From the NCBI GenBank assembly GCA_965240325.2, contig OZ251227.1, forward strand, positions 2,108,001-2,172,000: a DNA stretch of 64,000 nt, written 5' to 3'. This document shows positions 11,701 to 23,543 of the stretch, one piece after another. Position numbers and translations under genes: made by a program. The notes under the pieces are model-generated. The model was not told the DNA's origin and did no database searches. It worked only from the letters and a program-made list of their open reading frames with translations. Positions within the stretch are counted from its first letter, which is position 1. Each line of letters starts with the position of its first letter. The stretch is from Rebecca billardiae RCC1528. Lineage: Eukaryota > Protista > Haptophyta.

Positions 11701-11889
11701 CGAGAGCACGTGCTCGGCGAGGAGCCGCGCGCGCTGACGCCAAGCGCTCATGTCGTGCCGCATGCGATCGCGAGCGAGGGCGAGCGTCACTGCAGCCCAC
11801 GCGCGCAGGATGAGCCGTGCGCACGCGCGAGCGCGCCACGACGACCCCTCGCCCGCCATGCACCAGTTCGCCACGGCCAGCAGCGCCAT
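8704..11889 (-). CDS. Large Ala/Arg-rich coiled-coil protein with spaced Trp motifs (Sfi1/POC5-like centrin-binding candidate)
   Basis: Open frame of more than 1000 codons; repeated LRAWA, LHAWGR, LAAWRH, VWRAF, FRAWRF; start codon uncertain. Confidence 0.55.
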   Translation of the reverse strand: MALLAVANWCMAGEGSSWRARACARLILRAWAAVTLALARDRMRHDMSAWRQRARLLAEHVLSTEQLLTAERSPRQSGAARAAGALDDGARPRPYRSRSPDHLAPDAPHGWTAVDEAEWPLRSRRVRLAEAVLGDDYAARDVRAQQVVHTELLADAARRAAEALERASALTPPQPPPRPPRPAAAATPTAARERGTQATSAPGTYLREADEWRQRCAELARTVDALDAELTLERLRLQAEARHLIERAEADAEKAVASRTARADSDAEERMLRRLRVREGEAEAKARAAHARSVRAAEAVARARESEARVRLSSRTLHAWGRAARRARERRARERRARADGGGVGASSAPRAQSRPASNLEALAAGLAGAISTAAAESARAHERGASGSEPLRPTAPPAPRAAPAPAAAAAGAEAAGAAAPAAAAERARATSAPRLRRAVGAPPQLQPEALLPTSGGGHVLRAAAAFEQVAQHAELRRACVGDAHGPPRGRWGAVSARASAGAAPTEPSGPPAGPVPQPAPSVPPPAAAAVAAPAAAAAASPPDSPRGAARRAARAAGAVFDSEDSDGGSPAARERARRAAGLAAESDIDAQAERSARAGVLTAGLASCRAAVAAATAFAGRSPRLAASVEAAEAARVRRLSDPARGPRAAAARGGWAAAAAPGGARGGVPAHAERAPAGAVVDTPSAAREAARARVLAAVDASARAAARAHARHFRHLRALLAAWRHATAAARGVQAVPRAAADARASTLNGELAADLAAYARALHAALSKEPSAPRARAATISSAPRGAEIQLRAEQGSALFAAAPGRATRRSAEQRDAVRALRAEQSRVWRAFVLASKQQERARARAAFRAWRFALAYETLTRQLRALTKFGRMQRDALLAATADASGAIQGHPTAPPVGAAGAWLSLVRPALGAAAAGVEPGVPARAPPRAALGADAFGAIGSAELSKAFGRSRASAWGGGSAEEEEDSEDSDAWLGALSPQSTARSRAGGSGSASSRRPSRTPRARSVFSKAVSVADARLSEGRPLSDTLALSPSMAASNLSSSSRRGVSLSAAAQ

Positions 11890-12004
11890 CTTGCGGGTTG
11901 CTGCCGTTTCAAGATGCTTAGAATTTAGATGCGCGTCTTGCGAGATCGGGATCTCCTCCGGCCGAGGGCGTTGAGTCAAGGGTGCGCTGGGGGCGCGAAG
12001 TCCC

Positions 12005-14583
12005 ATGAGGAGCCCCCCGGCTCGCGATGCCGGCTCGCCCAGCCGGCCGCGGGTGCCGGACGACATCAGCGTGCACTCGTCGCTGCCCTCAGCCGACTCG
12101 GACGACGATGGCCACTCCATCGACGGGCTCGACCCGCGCCGACTCCACCGCATGCGCCGAGAGGCGAGCCGCGCGCTGCAGGGGCCGATCGAGAGCGTGC
12201 CCAGCGAGCAGCGCGCCGTGCCGGTGCGCGAGCTCTTCCGGGACCTGGGCGAGGTCTTCGCGCGACGCGCACCGACGCCGGATCAGCTCGCGATCGCGCA
12301 GCCGGTCGAGGCGTACGACTACTTCTGCTCGCACGCGTGGGCGGAGGGGCGGCAGTACAAGCTTGCTGCGATGCTGTACCATTTCGCGCTGCCGCCTGCG
12401 CTCGTCGCCATGGTGCTGGCGTCGCACCTGGCAGCGGCGCTGTGGGCAGCGGGTGTGCTCCCGACCATGCTCACCGACGTGTACTGGCCCGACATGACCG
12501 ACCAGCCCGTCGCCGTGGGCTTCTACTGCCAGCTGAGCGCCCTGGTCGCCTTTGTGGTGACGCTCTGCCTCTGGCCGGCCGCGCACGAGCTCGCCGCGTG
12601 GTTCGGCGTGGTGGCGCCGATCAACGTCTTCATGGACAAGGTGCGCGCGCATGCGCGGCGCGCGCGCGCACGCGTGACAGCCCATCGTGCTCGCCACGCC
12701 CCTCACGCCCCACTCGTCGCGCGCGCGCGCGCCCGCGCCCCTCGCTCCCCTCCGCCCGGCTCGCCACCGTGTCGGGCGCGCGCTCGGCACAGCTGTGCAT
12801 CGACCAGCTGGACGTGCGGCGCAAGGTGAAGGGGATCGACCAGATCGGCGGGTTCCTGGCGAACTCGGAGCGCATGCTCGTCCTGTGGTCCCCCCACTTC
12901 TTCGAGCGGCTGTGGTGCTGCTTCGAGGTCGCCGTCTTTCTCACGCCGCCGCCGATGGCCGCGCCGCCGCCCAAGCGGTCGGGGGCCCGGGGGGTGCGCG
13001 CTGCGCCGAGCTCGGCGCCGGCCACGCCGAAGGAGCTGGGCGCGGCCGGCGCGGATGAGCGGGCGCACGGACACCGGCTCGCCGCGGACGCGGCCGCCGA
13101 GCCGCGTGGGCCGCTCGGCGTGCCCGCGCCGTCCTCGACTCTGCCGCCCGCTGGCGGCGGCGGCGGCGCGGGCGCTCGGCCGGCCGAGCTGCCGCCCGTG
13201 GCGCGGCTGCCTCCGATCACGCTGCCGGCGCCGCCTGCGCCGCCGCGGGAGGAGGAGGAGGCCCCCACGGCGCAGCTCAGCGACTCGGTCCCCGCCTCCC
13301 CCGCCGGCTCGCGCGCGACGACGCCGCGCGGCTCCTCGCTCGCGTCCCCGCCCACGCTGGAAGGGCCGCGCGCACGCGCACGCGCGCCCAAGCCCGCCCT
13401 CGCGCCGTGGGTGGTCCGACGGCGGAGCGGCGGCAGCGAGAGCGGCCGGCTGGGGCGCGCGCCGCACGCGCCCGAGCGGCAGCTCTCGCTCGTGCCGACG
13501 CAGCTCGCGAGCGCCTCGCTCATCGCCATCCCGTGCCTCTTCCTGGGCATGCACGTCGTGCTGTGGGCCGACTATGTCGACCTGGGCGGCCGGGCGGCGC
13601 CGGGGCTTCAGCTGCTCGCGCCCGCCCTTGGCGTCACCACGGCCGGTGCGATGGTCTCCAAGTTCGTGCGCACGTACGCGCACGACCGCTCGCAGCTCGA
13701 CGCGCAGCTCCGCGCGTTCCGCTTCGACGCCGCGTTCTGCACCGTGCCGCACGACCGCGCCCTTCTCCGCGCCGTGATTGGCCACCTGTACTCGCCAGGC
13801 GGCGGCGACGAGGCGGTGGGGGTGGCGAGGTTTGAGGCGGCGGTGCGCACGCGGCTGCGGCGGCACGTCGTGAGCTCGATCGGCGCCAAGTCGACGCTGC
13901 CGCTCGCGGCGACGCTCGCCGTGTGCTGCGCCGCGCACTGCTTCTACCTCGACCTCGTCGCCTCGCGCGCCGCGCTCCCCGCGCAGCTGTTCCCGTCGGC
14001 CGCCGCCAAGGCGCTCGACGTCCTCGCGGTGTGCTGCTACACGCTCGCCCAGTCGGTCGGAGCGATCCCGTTTGCGGGCGCGGGGATGGTGGCGCTCTCG
14101 CAGGCGATCCCGCGGCAGGAGACGCGGCGCGCCGAGCTCGCGGCGCACGCGCTGAACGTCGCGTTCGCGCTCCTCGTCGTCGTCGGCAACTACGTGCTGA
14201 GCGCGGCGGCCTTCTACCTCCTGCCGCCGGCCGCGTCGATCCCGCTCAATCTCGGGCTGGCCGTGTCGCTGTTTGTGGGCGCGACGCGGCGGCTGGACGA
14301 GCGGGGCGGGCTCGCGCTGCGCCTGCTCGCCGCGGCGGTCCGCCGCGTCGCGTGCTGCGCGACGCTGGACCTCAGGTACGAGTCGGCGACCGAGCTCGGC
14401 CGCGAGCACTCGTACACGGTCACGGAGGGCGGCGACGAGCCGGCGGCGGCGACGTCTCCGTGGTCGACGGACGACGGCAGAGGGTCGCCGGGCGGCGGCG
14501 ACCGGCCCGCGCTCGACGGCGGCGAGCGCGCGGATAGCGGCACCCCGCCCGCCTATGCGGCCAACGGCGGCTTTGGTAGGTGA
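12005..14583 (+). CDS. Membrane protein with a TIR-like domain interrupted by TM helices; exons 12005-12640, 12793-14583
   Basis: YDYFCSHAW, two TMs, VFMDK|LCIDQ across a GT-AG intron, MLVLWSPHFFERLWCCFE, then about 6 further TMs. Confidence 0.8.
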
Positions 14584-15297
14584 TCCCGTCGCGCCCGGTC
14601 CACTACCCACCTCTCGCAGCCGTAACGGCTACGCCGCACCTCGTGCCCGTGGCCACTAACTACTCACAGTACGGGCCCAGGGGGAGACTCAGTGGCTGGG
14701 CTGTGTCACACCGCATGATTCAGACTTTCAGTGATGAATACCTTATTCCTTTACTGAGTACAGAAAGGTCCGATCCATCTCACCCTTCAAGCCGTGGGTC
14801 ACTCAAGTCGGCGGCCCGCGCGCGGGGCCCACCGGCGCGCCGAGGCGCCGCACGCAGGCGTCACTAGCCCGGCGGGTTCGGGCTGCGCGGTCAGTCGTGC
14901 GACCGCCGTCCCTGGACGCACGGCTTCCGCACTCGCAGTCACAGCAGTCAGTGGCTAGGTGACACTCAGTGTTCCACGCTGTAAATCCGCGCAGAACCGA
15001 GACAGCCAACCGTGTCGGGCAGCACCGTCGGACTATACGGTCGCGCGGTTCACGGGCCGAATGTGCGGCGGCGCCTGTCAACAGCGGGGCGATCATCGAC
15101 CGACATCGCTAGCGAGGTGATCAGGGCTAGCAACAACCTTCTCTCGGACCAAGTCACACCATTTGGCGACCTCGCCGCCGCTCAATGCGGCACCCGTCCA
15201 GAGGCACGATGTGCCGCACTCTGGCCAGCCCCACCATTCCCGCCTCGGCGATCGACACAGGTAGGACGGCGCAGGTCTCCTGGACCCATTCTATGAT

Positions 15298-16290
15298 TTA
15301 ACGACACAGGTAGGACGACGCGGGTCTCCTGATTCCCCGGCCCAGGTTTGATGATCGGTCAAAACAGCGGGGGCCTGGCGGCCTTGTCCCGGTGGGGCTG
15401 GTCGAACACAGCGCGTCTAGGACGCGACGGAGAAGCTGGTTAGGGCCGGCAGACCCGACGACGATGGGACGAGTTGGCCGTTCAGCGCTGACTAACGGGA
15501 TCATCCGGTGGCGCGCCGCAGTCGCGCGTGCGATTAAGCCAGCGGCGCGGCAGCGCCGTGAGCGCGGCACTTCTGCAAGGCCCACCGAGGCGCACGGCGA
15601 GGCGCGCGTCGATGCAGTCGTCGCTGCGCACGGCCGCTCGGGCACGACGGCGCGGCAACAGCACGCACCGCAGATGGCCCACCGGTTTGCAGGTGCGGGG
15701 CGAGCGGCGCAGGGCACAACCGACTGCACGGCGTACTCCTGCAGCCGTCGCTGAGCACGGCCCGTCGGGCACGACGTGGTACGAGCGGCTCGCGTCGGTG
15801 TGCATGTTGTGTTGTGCAGCTCGCGCCGGCGGGCACGCACCTCCGCGATGGCGCCGCGAGCCGCGGGCGGCGCGGGTGACGGCTCGAAGGCCGCGCCCGT
15901 TGATGACGAGCCAGGGAGAGTAATACTGTCGGGCAAGTCGGCGAGTGGGTGGCTTATAGTAGGCTTGTTGTACGAGCTTCTCCATGAGGCCGTTCGTGCA
16001 CGTCATCTGATGCGGTTGCGGCTGCTTGATCGCCGCCACGTGCCGCTGGATCTCCGCCAGATCGGCGCAGTTCCTCGCGACGCCGACGATGGCATCTGGC
16101 GCTGGGTTCGGCGGAGGCCCGCGGACACGGCTGATCCTCGTCGCACACGTGTGTGCGAGCGCGAGTGCCGGCAGCGTCGTCGAGCCACGCCGGCTGAGCG
16201 CCATTCTGCGTGTCGCGCGCGGCCTTCGCCGCCTGCAGCAGCGCGCTGAGCTCGTTCGTCATACTAAATCGTGTGTGCCGAGCGCACGCG
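15298..16290 (-). pseudogene. Degenerate coding-like remnant, identity unknown
   Basis: Protein-like stretches switch frames (MTNELSALLQAAKAARD..., PDAIVGVARNCADLAEIQRHVAAIKQP...); lies in the TE block. Confidence 0.25.
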
Positions 16291-16543
16291 GCGCGGCGGC
16301 GAAAGCACTCGTCGCGGTTCCTCAAGGTGGGAGCGGATGATCGTAGAAAAGCGTCCTATGTGGGAATCGCAACGATATCCCTATGGGGCGCGCTCAAAAA
16401 GGTAACGACATGCGTTCTCGATTCCCGAGGCGTGCCTAATCAAAAAACGTTTGAGGCCCCATTGTTCGTATTCCTACTCCGGTATTACTTTCCCCATCAG
16501 TATTGGACACCCAATTAAAGGGGGTCGTCCAGCTGGGTCTGAG

Positions 16544-17641
16544 CAAGGGTAGTAAGGGTGAGCAACTCCGCTGGCGACAGCCGCGAAAGCCCTCTGTTTG
16601 CCGCGAGCGGAGCGGAGCGAGTGCTAACAGCGGCGGAGGGCGCTGAGGCCGCGCACGGCGTGAGGCGCGGCGTCGGCCGAGTCGGTCCGCGGAGGATGCG
16701 CGGCGCTCGGCCCGCTGCGCAGCGGCAGTGCGCCTCACTTTGCCCCGAGCGCCGTCCGCTGCGTCGCCTCCTTCCCGCCTTGGAGCAGCACGCATGTGCG
16801 CGCCGCCACCTTGAAGGCGGCACGGGCTTGCTCAGACGACCGCGCGCGCGTGGCGCGCGACTTGGTCGGCTGCGCGCGCGCGCCGCCGCGGTGCAAGGTA
16901 GCGCCACCACATGCGCGCGCCGTGCCCGCGCGAGCCTTTGCTCACGGCCATCTCATGAGCGTAGTGCTCGCTTGTCTGCTTGCTCTCACGAATGATTTGC
17001 TGTGCCTCACGCTGGCACTCGTCCGGTCGATCAGCGAGGTGTTGAGTGACATTGGATACCCAGGACGAAGGCCTAGTCTTGTCTATTCCTTCTCAGCACG
17101 AATGCAAGTGGACGCTAAGGCTCCGCATCGATGGTACCAACACTCACGCCGCTGTCTTTTCCAGCTTCCCGTCAGTCCGCAAGTCGGATGCCAAGCAGCA
17201 TTCGACATGTGTGTGAGGTCGCACTCAGGTCCGCGCACACGCTCTCGCGCTGGCACGGCGCGCGCATGCGGCGGCGCTACCTTGCACCGCGGCGGCGCGC
17301 GCGCGCAGCCGACCAAGTCGCGCGCCACACGCGCGCGGTCGTCTGAGCAAGCCCGTGCCGCCTTCGAGGTGGCGGCGCGCACATGCGTGCTGCTCCAAGG
17401 CGGGAAGGAGGCGACGCGGAGGACGGCGCTCGGGGCAAAGTGAGGCGCACTGCCGCTGCGCAGCGGGCCGAGCGCCGCGCATCCTCCGCGGACCGACTCG
17501 GCCGACGCCGCGCCTCACGCCGTGCGCGGCCTCAGCGCCCTCCGCCGCTGATAGCACTCGCTCCGCTCCGCTCGCGGCAAACAGAGGGCTGCCGACCTTC
17601 GCGGCTGTCGCCAGCGGAGTTGCTCACCCTTACTACCCTTG
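16544..17641. mobile_element. Non-autonomous fold-back element A (P-superfamily-like termini)
   Basis: Arms about 16544-16935 and 17244-17641 are reverse complements; termini CAAGGGTAGTAAGGG...CCCTTACTACCCTTG; 7-bp TSD gtctgag at 16537-16543 and 17642-17648. Confidence 0.92.
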
Positions 17642-18499
17642 GTCTGAGGGAGCACGGCCGAACTCGGACTCGTGTGAAGGTCCCTCCCACTGGGACCTTC
17701 ACACGTCTCGAGGGACCTTCACACGTTCGACGAGTGAAGGTCCCTCCGCTGGCGCCGCCCGTTGGCGCTGGATGGGATGGCCGCGTGCGTGCGCGAGCGC
17801 CCGCCTCGCGTCGCGCGCCCCGCGCGCAGAGCGCGCGCTCGGCCGCGCGCGACGCGGCGAAGTCGAGGCTGACATGCCCCTGGCCCACTTCGCGCCGCGC
17901 AACGCCGCCCACGCCCATCGCCGCTCGCACGCGCAGGCCTGCCGCGCACGGCTTGGGCTTTTCAGCACAGGCTGGCGGCGGCGCGCCGGGCCGAGGGCTC
18001 GGCCAGTGTTGTGCCCCTCGGCCAGGCCGAGACTTGGCGGAGGCGCGGGTAGTGCCATCGCCTGCCCAGATCCCGGGCCTCGCCGTCAGAGTGTGCACGC
18101 GAGGCGCGCTGTCGTGGTCGACAGGTGAGGCGCCGCGTGCTCGCCCTCGAGCGGGCAGCGGACATACCGGCAGGCGCGCGCGCACACAGCGGGGCTGTCG
18201 AGCTGCTTCCGGCTGGTTAGATCGACGGCGCATGCCCTGGCCCTGGTCTGGGAGGCGTGCGCGGGTTCGGAGGCCGGTGAACGCTCGGCGCGGACCCACG
18301 TGTCTTGCCGGGCACGGTTGCGCGACAGCTCTGCAGCCAGTCTCGAGGCTGAGTGGCATCAGAGCGCTTGCCGGCGTGCTGGCGGGCTCAGCCGCCGGGC
18401 CGATGCCCACGCCTTGGCCGGGATGCGACCGGCCTCCGCGTCCTCCGCAGCCGCCTGGAGCCGTCGACCCGCTGCCCACGGCCCGCGGCCGGCAGGCCG

Positions 18500-19230
18500 C
18501 TTGGCGGATGGCCAGAGGAGCAGGCGGCCGAGCCGGCTGGGCGGCAGCGAGGGTGGTGGGGATGGAGGCGGGCTCGGCGGCGGAGGCGGCGGAGGCGGGC
18601 TTGATAGCGGGCTCGGCGGCGGCGAGGATAGCAGGTTCAGTGCTGGCGATGACGGTGGGCTTGGCGGTGAGCTCGGCGGTGGCTGACGTGGCAGACTTGG
18701 CGGTGGGATCGGCTGCCGGCGGCTTGGTGGCAGCGGAGGCGGCGGCGACGGGATCGAGCTCGGCGGCGTGGTCGGAGGCGGTGCTGATGGCGGCGATGAT
18801 GCTAGCGGGCTTGTTGGCGGCGATGTAGGCAGCGACGGCTGCGGGCTCAGCGGCGGGCTTTGTGGCGGCGATGTAGGCGTTGATGACGGTGGTGGGCTCA
18901 GCGGCGGGGTCGGTAGCGGCGACGGCAGCGGCAGGCTCGAGGTGGGCTTGGTGGCGGTGATGGCGGCCGGGCTCGGCTATGGACTTTGCGGCGGTGGGCT
19001 CGGGGGCGGAGTCGGTGGCGGCGAAGGTGGCGAACCCAGCGCTAGGCTTGGCGCTGGGGTGGAGGAGACGGGCTTGGTTGTCCGTGGTGGGCTTGGTGGC
19101 GGCGATTTGGCGATGATGGCTGTGAGCGGCGGAGTGGCCGTGAGCTCGGCAGAGGTGACGGTGGCTCGGGAACGGTGGCTGGCTCGGCGGCGGCTTCGGC
19201 GGCCGCGACGGAGACGGGCTGTGAGGCGGC
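18500..19230 (-). pseudogene. Decayed Pro/Ser-rich (SPPPP-type) gene fragment carried inside the TIR element
   Basis: GGC/GGGCTC-rich plus strand reads as PPPSPPP-type repeats on the minus strand, with broken frames. Confidence 0.45.
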
Positions 19231-20304
19231 TAGGGCGGTGGTGTGGGATGGGATTACTGCGTCACTGTTGCCCTCGGTCAGAGCTTGGCGGGGACACAGC
19301 GCGGCCAAGCTCCGGGCGTTGGCGCTGCCGCCAGGTCGGCCGCAGGCCACCCACTCGTCGGCAAAGCTTGGGCGGCAGCGATGCCCAGACATGAAGGAGG
19401 GCACTGCGGGATCGCTGCGTCACCTCGGGAAGGCTGAGTCCATGAGAGAGATGATCGGCACTGCCCCGTCTGGTGGAGTTCGATGAGCTGACTTAGACTA
19501 CTTTTGCGACCGTAGGCTGCTGCTCGGCCTTGTCAGAGTCGACATCCGACCTAGCGCCAGCGCGGCGCAGTACGTATCGATTGAGTCATTGCGCGGACCA
19601 GCAGCATGAGACGTCATCGCGACTCGGAGTTCGTCACGTGCCACTCAACCGCGTCCGACCCGCCCCACTGCCACCTTGGGCAGGCGCCTGCAGACGATAC
19701 GGCGGGCCAGCATCATAAGCTGCGCTCCTGCTGAGTGCTGGCTGATGATGACTGCGTCAGACGACTGCGCATTGCAGCCGCAGCCATACCGTACATACGC
19801 TCTCAGCGGGACTACGCGCGAGTTGTTCTGCCTTCTAGCGGTGCCGGCACGTGGCGCGACGATTCTGGCGTCATTATCACTTGACGACTCGACTGATCAC
19901 GACGAGTGGCCCTTCTCAAGCAAGTGCAGCAGCATTAGAAGTATAGCCTACACTCGTCCGTCGTCGTCTGGTTCCCCTGAGAAGTCTTCTGGAATGCATC
20001 AGCGACATGCTCCCGCAGCCTGGTCAGTGGTCCAAGCCAGTCACATCCGGCAGCCTGACATCATCCCACATGCCGCGTGGGCAGAGAGGCGCGCTATGCC
20101 CACGCGACTGGCTTCCTAGAAGCTGCCGTGACGGAACGAGTGTCAGCAGTGGACCGCCGGCCGGTGCCGCGCGCCGCACCGCCGGGCCCAATGGCAACGA
20201 ACACCCGGTGGCCGGCGGTGCGGCCCTAGGCTAGTGCGGCGGATCTATCGCGTATAGAACGACCGGCCGTGACGCGCTCTGCACCACGTACATTCAGACG
20301 CGGC

Positions 20305-21942
20305 AATGAGCAGCATGCACCACCGTCCGGCCGTCTCAGGTCGCTGTCGTCGGCAGCCAGCCGGTGCCGGGCACGGTGGCGCCGGGCGCTCGTAGCTGAA
20401 GGACCGCGATCAAGGATTGATTGCCAAGTCGTCAGCCGACGACTGGGAAGTTGAGCCTGATGCTGCCCGCTGCCGGTTCGCGGGACGAATGACGAGCAGC
20501 CTATGGCCCGTGAACCTGCTTCAGCTCCTAGAACTCTTCCAGACGTGGTGAGGATATCCCTCACGAACTCAGCCCTCTCGCGCTGACGCAGCGCGTCTTG
20601 CGGCCTGCTGCGTGCCGCGAGCTATCGGACAGCGCGGCCCGCCGGCCGCGGGCCTTGGGCGGCGGGTCGACGGCTCCAGGCGGCTGCGGAGGACGCGGGG
20701 GCCGGTCGCATCCCGGCCAAGGCGTGGGCATCGGCTCGGCGGTTGGGCCCGTCAGCACGCCGGCAAGCGCTCTGATGCCACTCGAGACTGGCTGCCGAGC
20801 TGTCGCGCAACCGTGCCCGGCAAGACACGTGGGTCCGCGCCGAGCGTTCACCGGCCTCCGAACCCGCGCACGCCTACCAGCCCAGGGCCAGGGCACGCGC
20901 CGTCGAGCTGCCCAGCCGCAAGCAGCTCGACAGCCCCGCTGTGTGCGCGCGCGCCTGCCGGTCCGTCTGCTGCCCGCTCGAGGGCGAGCACGCGGCGCCT
21001 CACCTGTCGACCACGACAGCGCGCCTCGCGTGCACACTCTGATGGCGAGGCCCGGGATCTGGGCAGGCGATGGCACTACCCGCGCCTCCGCCAAGTCTCG
21101 GCCTGGCCGAGCCTGCCACAACGAGCAGCATGCACCACAGTCCGGCCGTCTCAGGTCACTGTCGTCGGCAGCCAGCATTCGCCGGGCGCGATGGCGCCGG
21201 ACGCTCGCGCGCGATCAAGGAATGATTGCCATCAAGTCGTCAGCCGTCGACTGGGAAGCTGAGCCTGATGCTGCCCGCTGCCGGGTCGCGGGACGAATAA
21301 CGAGCAGCCTACGGTCCGTGAACCTGCGTTAGCTCCTAGAACGCTTTCAGACGTGGTGAGGATCTCCCTCACGACCTCAGCCCTCTCGCGCTGACGCAGC
21401 GCGTCCGCTGCCACTCTACGGCCCTGCTTCCTGCTGCGTGCCGCGAGCTCTCGGACAGCCCGGCCCGCCGGCCGCGGGCCGTGGGCAGCGGGTCGACGGC
21501 TCCAGGCGGCTGCGGAGGACGCGGAGGCCGGTCGCATCCCGGCCAAGGCGTGGGCATCGGCCCGGCGGCTGAGCCCGCCAGCACGCCGGCAAGCGCTCTG
21601 ATGCCACTCAGCCTCGAGACTGGCTGCAGAGCTGTCGCGCAACCGTGCCCGGCAAGACACGTGGGTCCGCGCCGAGCGTTCACCGGCCTCCGAACCCGCG
21701 CACGCCTCCCAGACCAGGGCCAGGGCATGCGCCGTCGATCTAACCAGCCGGAAGCAGCTCGACAGCCCCGCTGTGTGCGCGCGCGCCTGCCGGTATGTCC
21801 GCTGCCCGCTCGAGGGCGAGCACGCGGCGCCTCACCTGTCGACCACGACAGCGCGCCTCGCGTGCACACTCTGACGGCGAGGCCCGGGATCTGGGCAGGC
21901 GATGGCACTACCCGCGCCTCCGCCAAGTCTCGGCCTGGCCGA
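20305..21942. repeat. Diverged tandem duplication of about 815 bp
   Basis: 20305-21110 aligns with 21120-21942 (both start gagcagcatgcaccac..tccggccgtctcagg and end gtctcggcctggccgag). Confidence 0.85.
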
Positions 21943-22254
21943 GGGGCACAACACCGGCCGAGCCCTCGGCCCGGCGCGCCGCCGCCAGCCTGTGCTGAAA
22001 AGCCCAAGCCGTGCGCGGCAGGCCTGCGCGTGCGAGCGGCGATGGGCGTGGGCGGCGTTGCGCGGCGCGAAGTGGGCCAGGGGCATGTCAGCCTCGACTT
22101 CGCCGCGTCGCGCGCGGCCGAGCGCGCGCTCTGCGCGCGGGGCGCGCGACGCGAGGCGGGCGCTCGCGCACGCACGCGGCCATCCCATCCAGCGCCAACG
22201 GGCGGCGCCAGCGGAGGGACCTTCACTCGTCGAACGTGTGAAGGTCCCTCGAGA

Positions 22255-23363
22255 CAAGGGAGTCAAGGGTGCCCGCGCCCCAGTGGCGCGCTCGCCGGAT
22301 GTGAGGATACACCTTTTTGCCCGCGGCCTGCGGCGGGCGGCGGCGAGGGCGTGCTCCGCTGGCGGGGCGAGCGCACGGGGCACGGCGCTGCGGGCGCGGA
22401 TGTGCCCGCGAAGCCGGCGCGTGCAGACGGGCTGTTGCGGGAGAGTATTCGGCGCCCTCCTGCGCCGCGCGACTTGCGCCACGCCTCTTTCGCCTCGGCT
22501 CAGAGCAGCGCGCACGCACGCGCCGCCTCAAGGCCAGCCTTGCCGCGCCGCAGCCGGCCGCGCGCGCGCCGTGCGCGGCGCGGTCGGGAAGGAACGGGCG
22601 CTGCTGCCGGGCGAGATGGCAAACGCATGTGCGCACGCCATGCCGCCCCGCGGCGCCGCGAAAGAGCACGAGAACGGATCCGCACAGCTGTTGACGAGTG
22701 CTGATCACTTGTCGTGCACGAAGCCAGACCTGAGCTCGCAGAAGATGATGAAAGAGCATCAGCGCGAGGAAAGCGTCGCACCCAGCACTTCTACATGAAC
22801 ACGCGGTGATGAACATGCATGTAAGAGTAGCCCGCGTGCCCGTCTGGCACTATTCTGTGTCTCAATGATCGTCCCAACAAGGGTCACGACCGCGCAGCCG
22901 TGCACACCATTTGTGACAAGTCGAAGAGGCATGCAAACAGACCGACGACACGCTCATCAAGGCGCCGCGGGGCGGCATGGCGTGCGCACATGCGTTTGCC
23001 ATCTCGCCCGGCAGCAGCGCCCGTTCCTTCCCGACCGCGCCGCGCACGGCGCGCGCGCGGCCGGCTGCGGCGCGGCAAGGCTGGCCTTGAGGCGGCGCGT
23101 GCGTGCGCGCTGCTCTGAGCCGAGGCGAAAGAGGCGTGGCGCAAGTCGCGCGGCGCAGGAGGGCGCCGAATACTCTCCCGCAACAGCCCGTCTGCACGCG
23201 CCGGCTTCGCGGGCACATCCGCGCCCGCAGCGCCGTGCCCCGTGCGCTCGCCCCGCCAGCGGAGCACGCCCTCGCCGCCGCCCGCCGCAGGCCGCGGGCA
23301 AAAAGGTGTATCCCAACATCCGCCGAGCGCGCCACTGGGGCGCGGGCACCCTTGACTCCCTTG
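22255..23363. mobile_element. Non-autonomous fold-back element B (P-superfamily-like termini) nested in the right TIR of the large element
   Basis: Arms about 22255-22657 and 22961-23363; termini CAAGGGAGTCAAGGG...CCCTTGACTCCCTTG; 7-bp TSD ctcgaga at 22248-22254 and 23364-23370. Confidence 0.92.
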
Positions 23364-23543
23364 CTCGAGACGTGTGAAGCAAAGGAAGTGAAGGTCCCAG
23401 TGGGAGGGACCTTCACACGAGTCCGAGTTCGGCCGTGCTCCCTCGGTCTCCCAGGGCTTTCTCACGATTAAAATTCGTTTAAAGCTGTAGTGTTCAGTGT
23501 TCACCAGAATAATGGGTTTCCAGGATATAATATTGCCGTTGGT

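Larger units (their letters stand above)
17646..23444. mobile_element. Large non-autonomous TIR element (about 850-bp TIRs, GAG...CTC termini, 5-bp TSD) with cargo and nested insertions
   Basis: 17646-18493 is the reverse complement of 21467-22254 plus 23364-23444; ggtct flanks both ends; subterminal GAAGGTCCC repeats in both orientations. Confidence 0.9.

Noticed and set aside
16515-23504. Many long Arg/Ala/Pro-rich ORFs as transposase or Fanzor genes
   Set aside because: They are mirror-image ORFs produced by GC-rich inverted repeats; no DDE, RuvC, HUH or RT motifs were recognised
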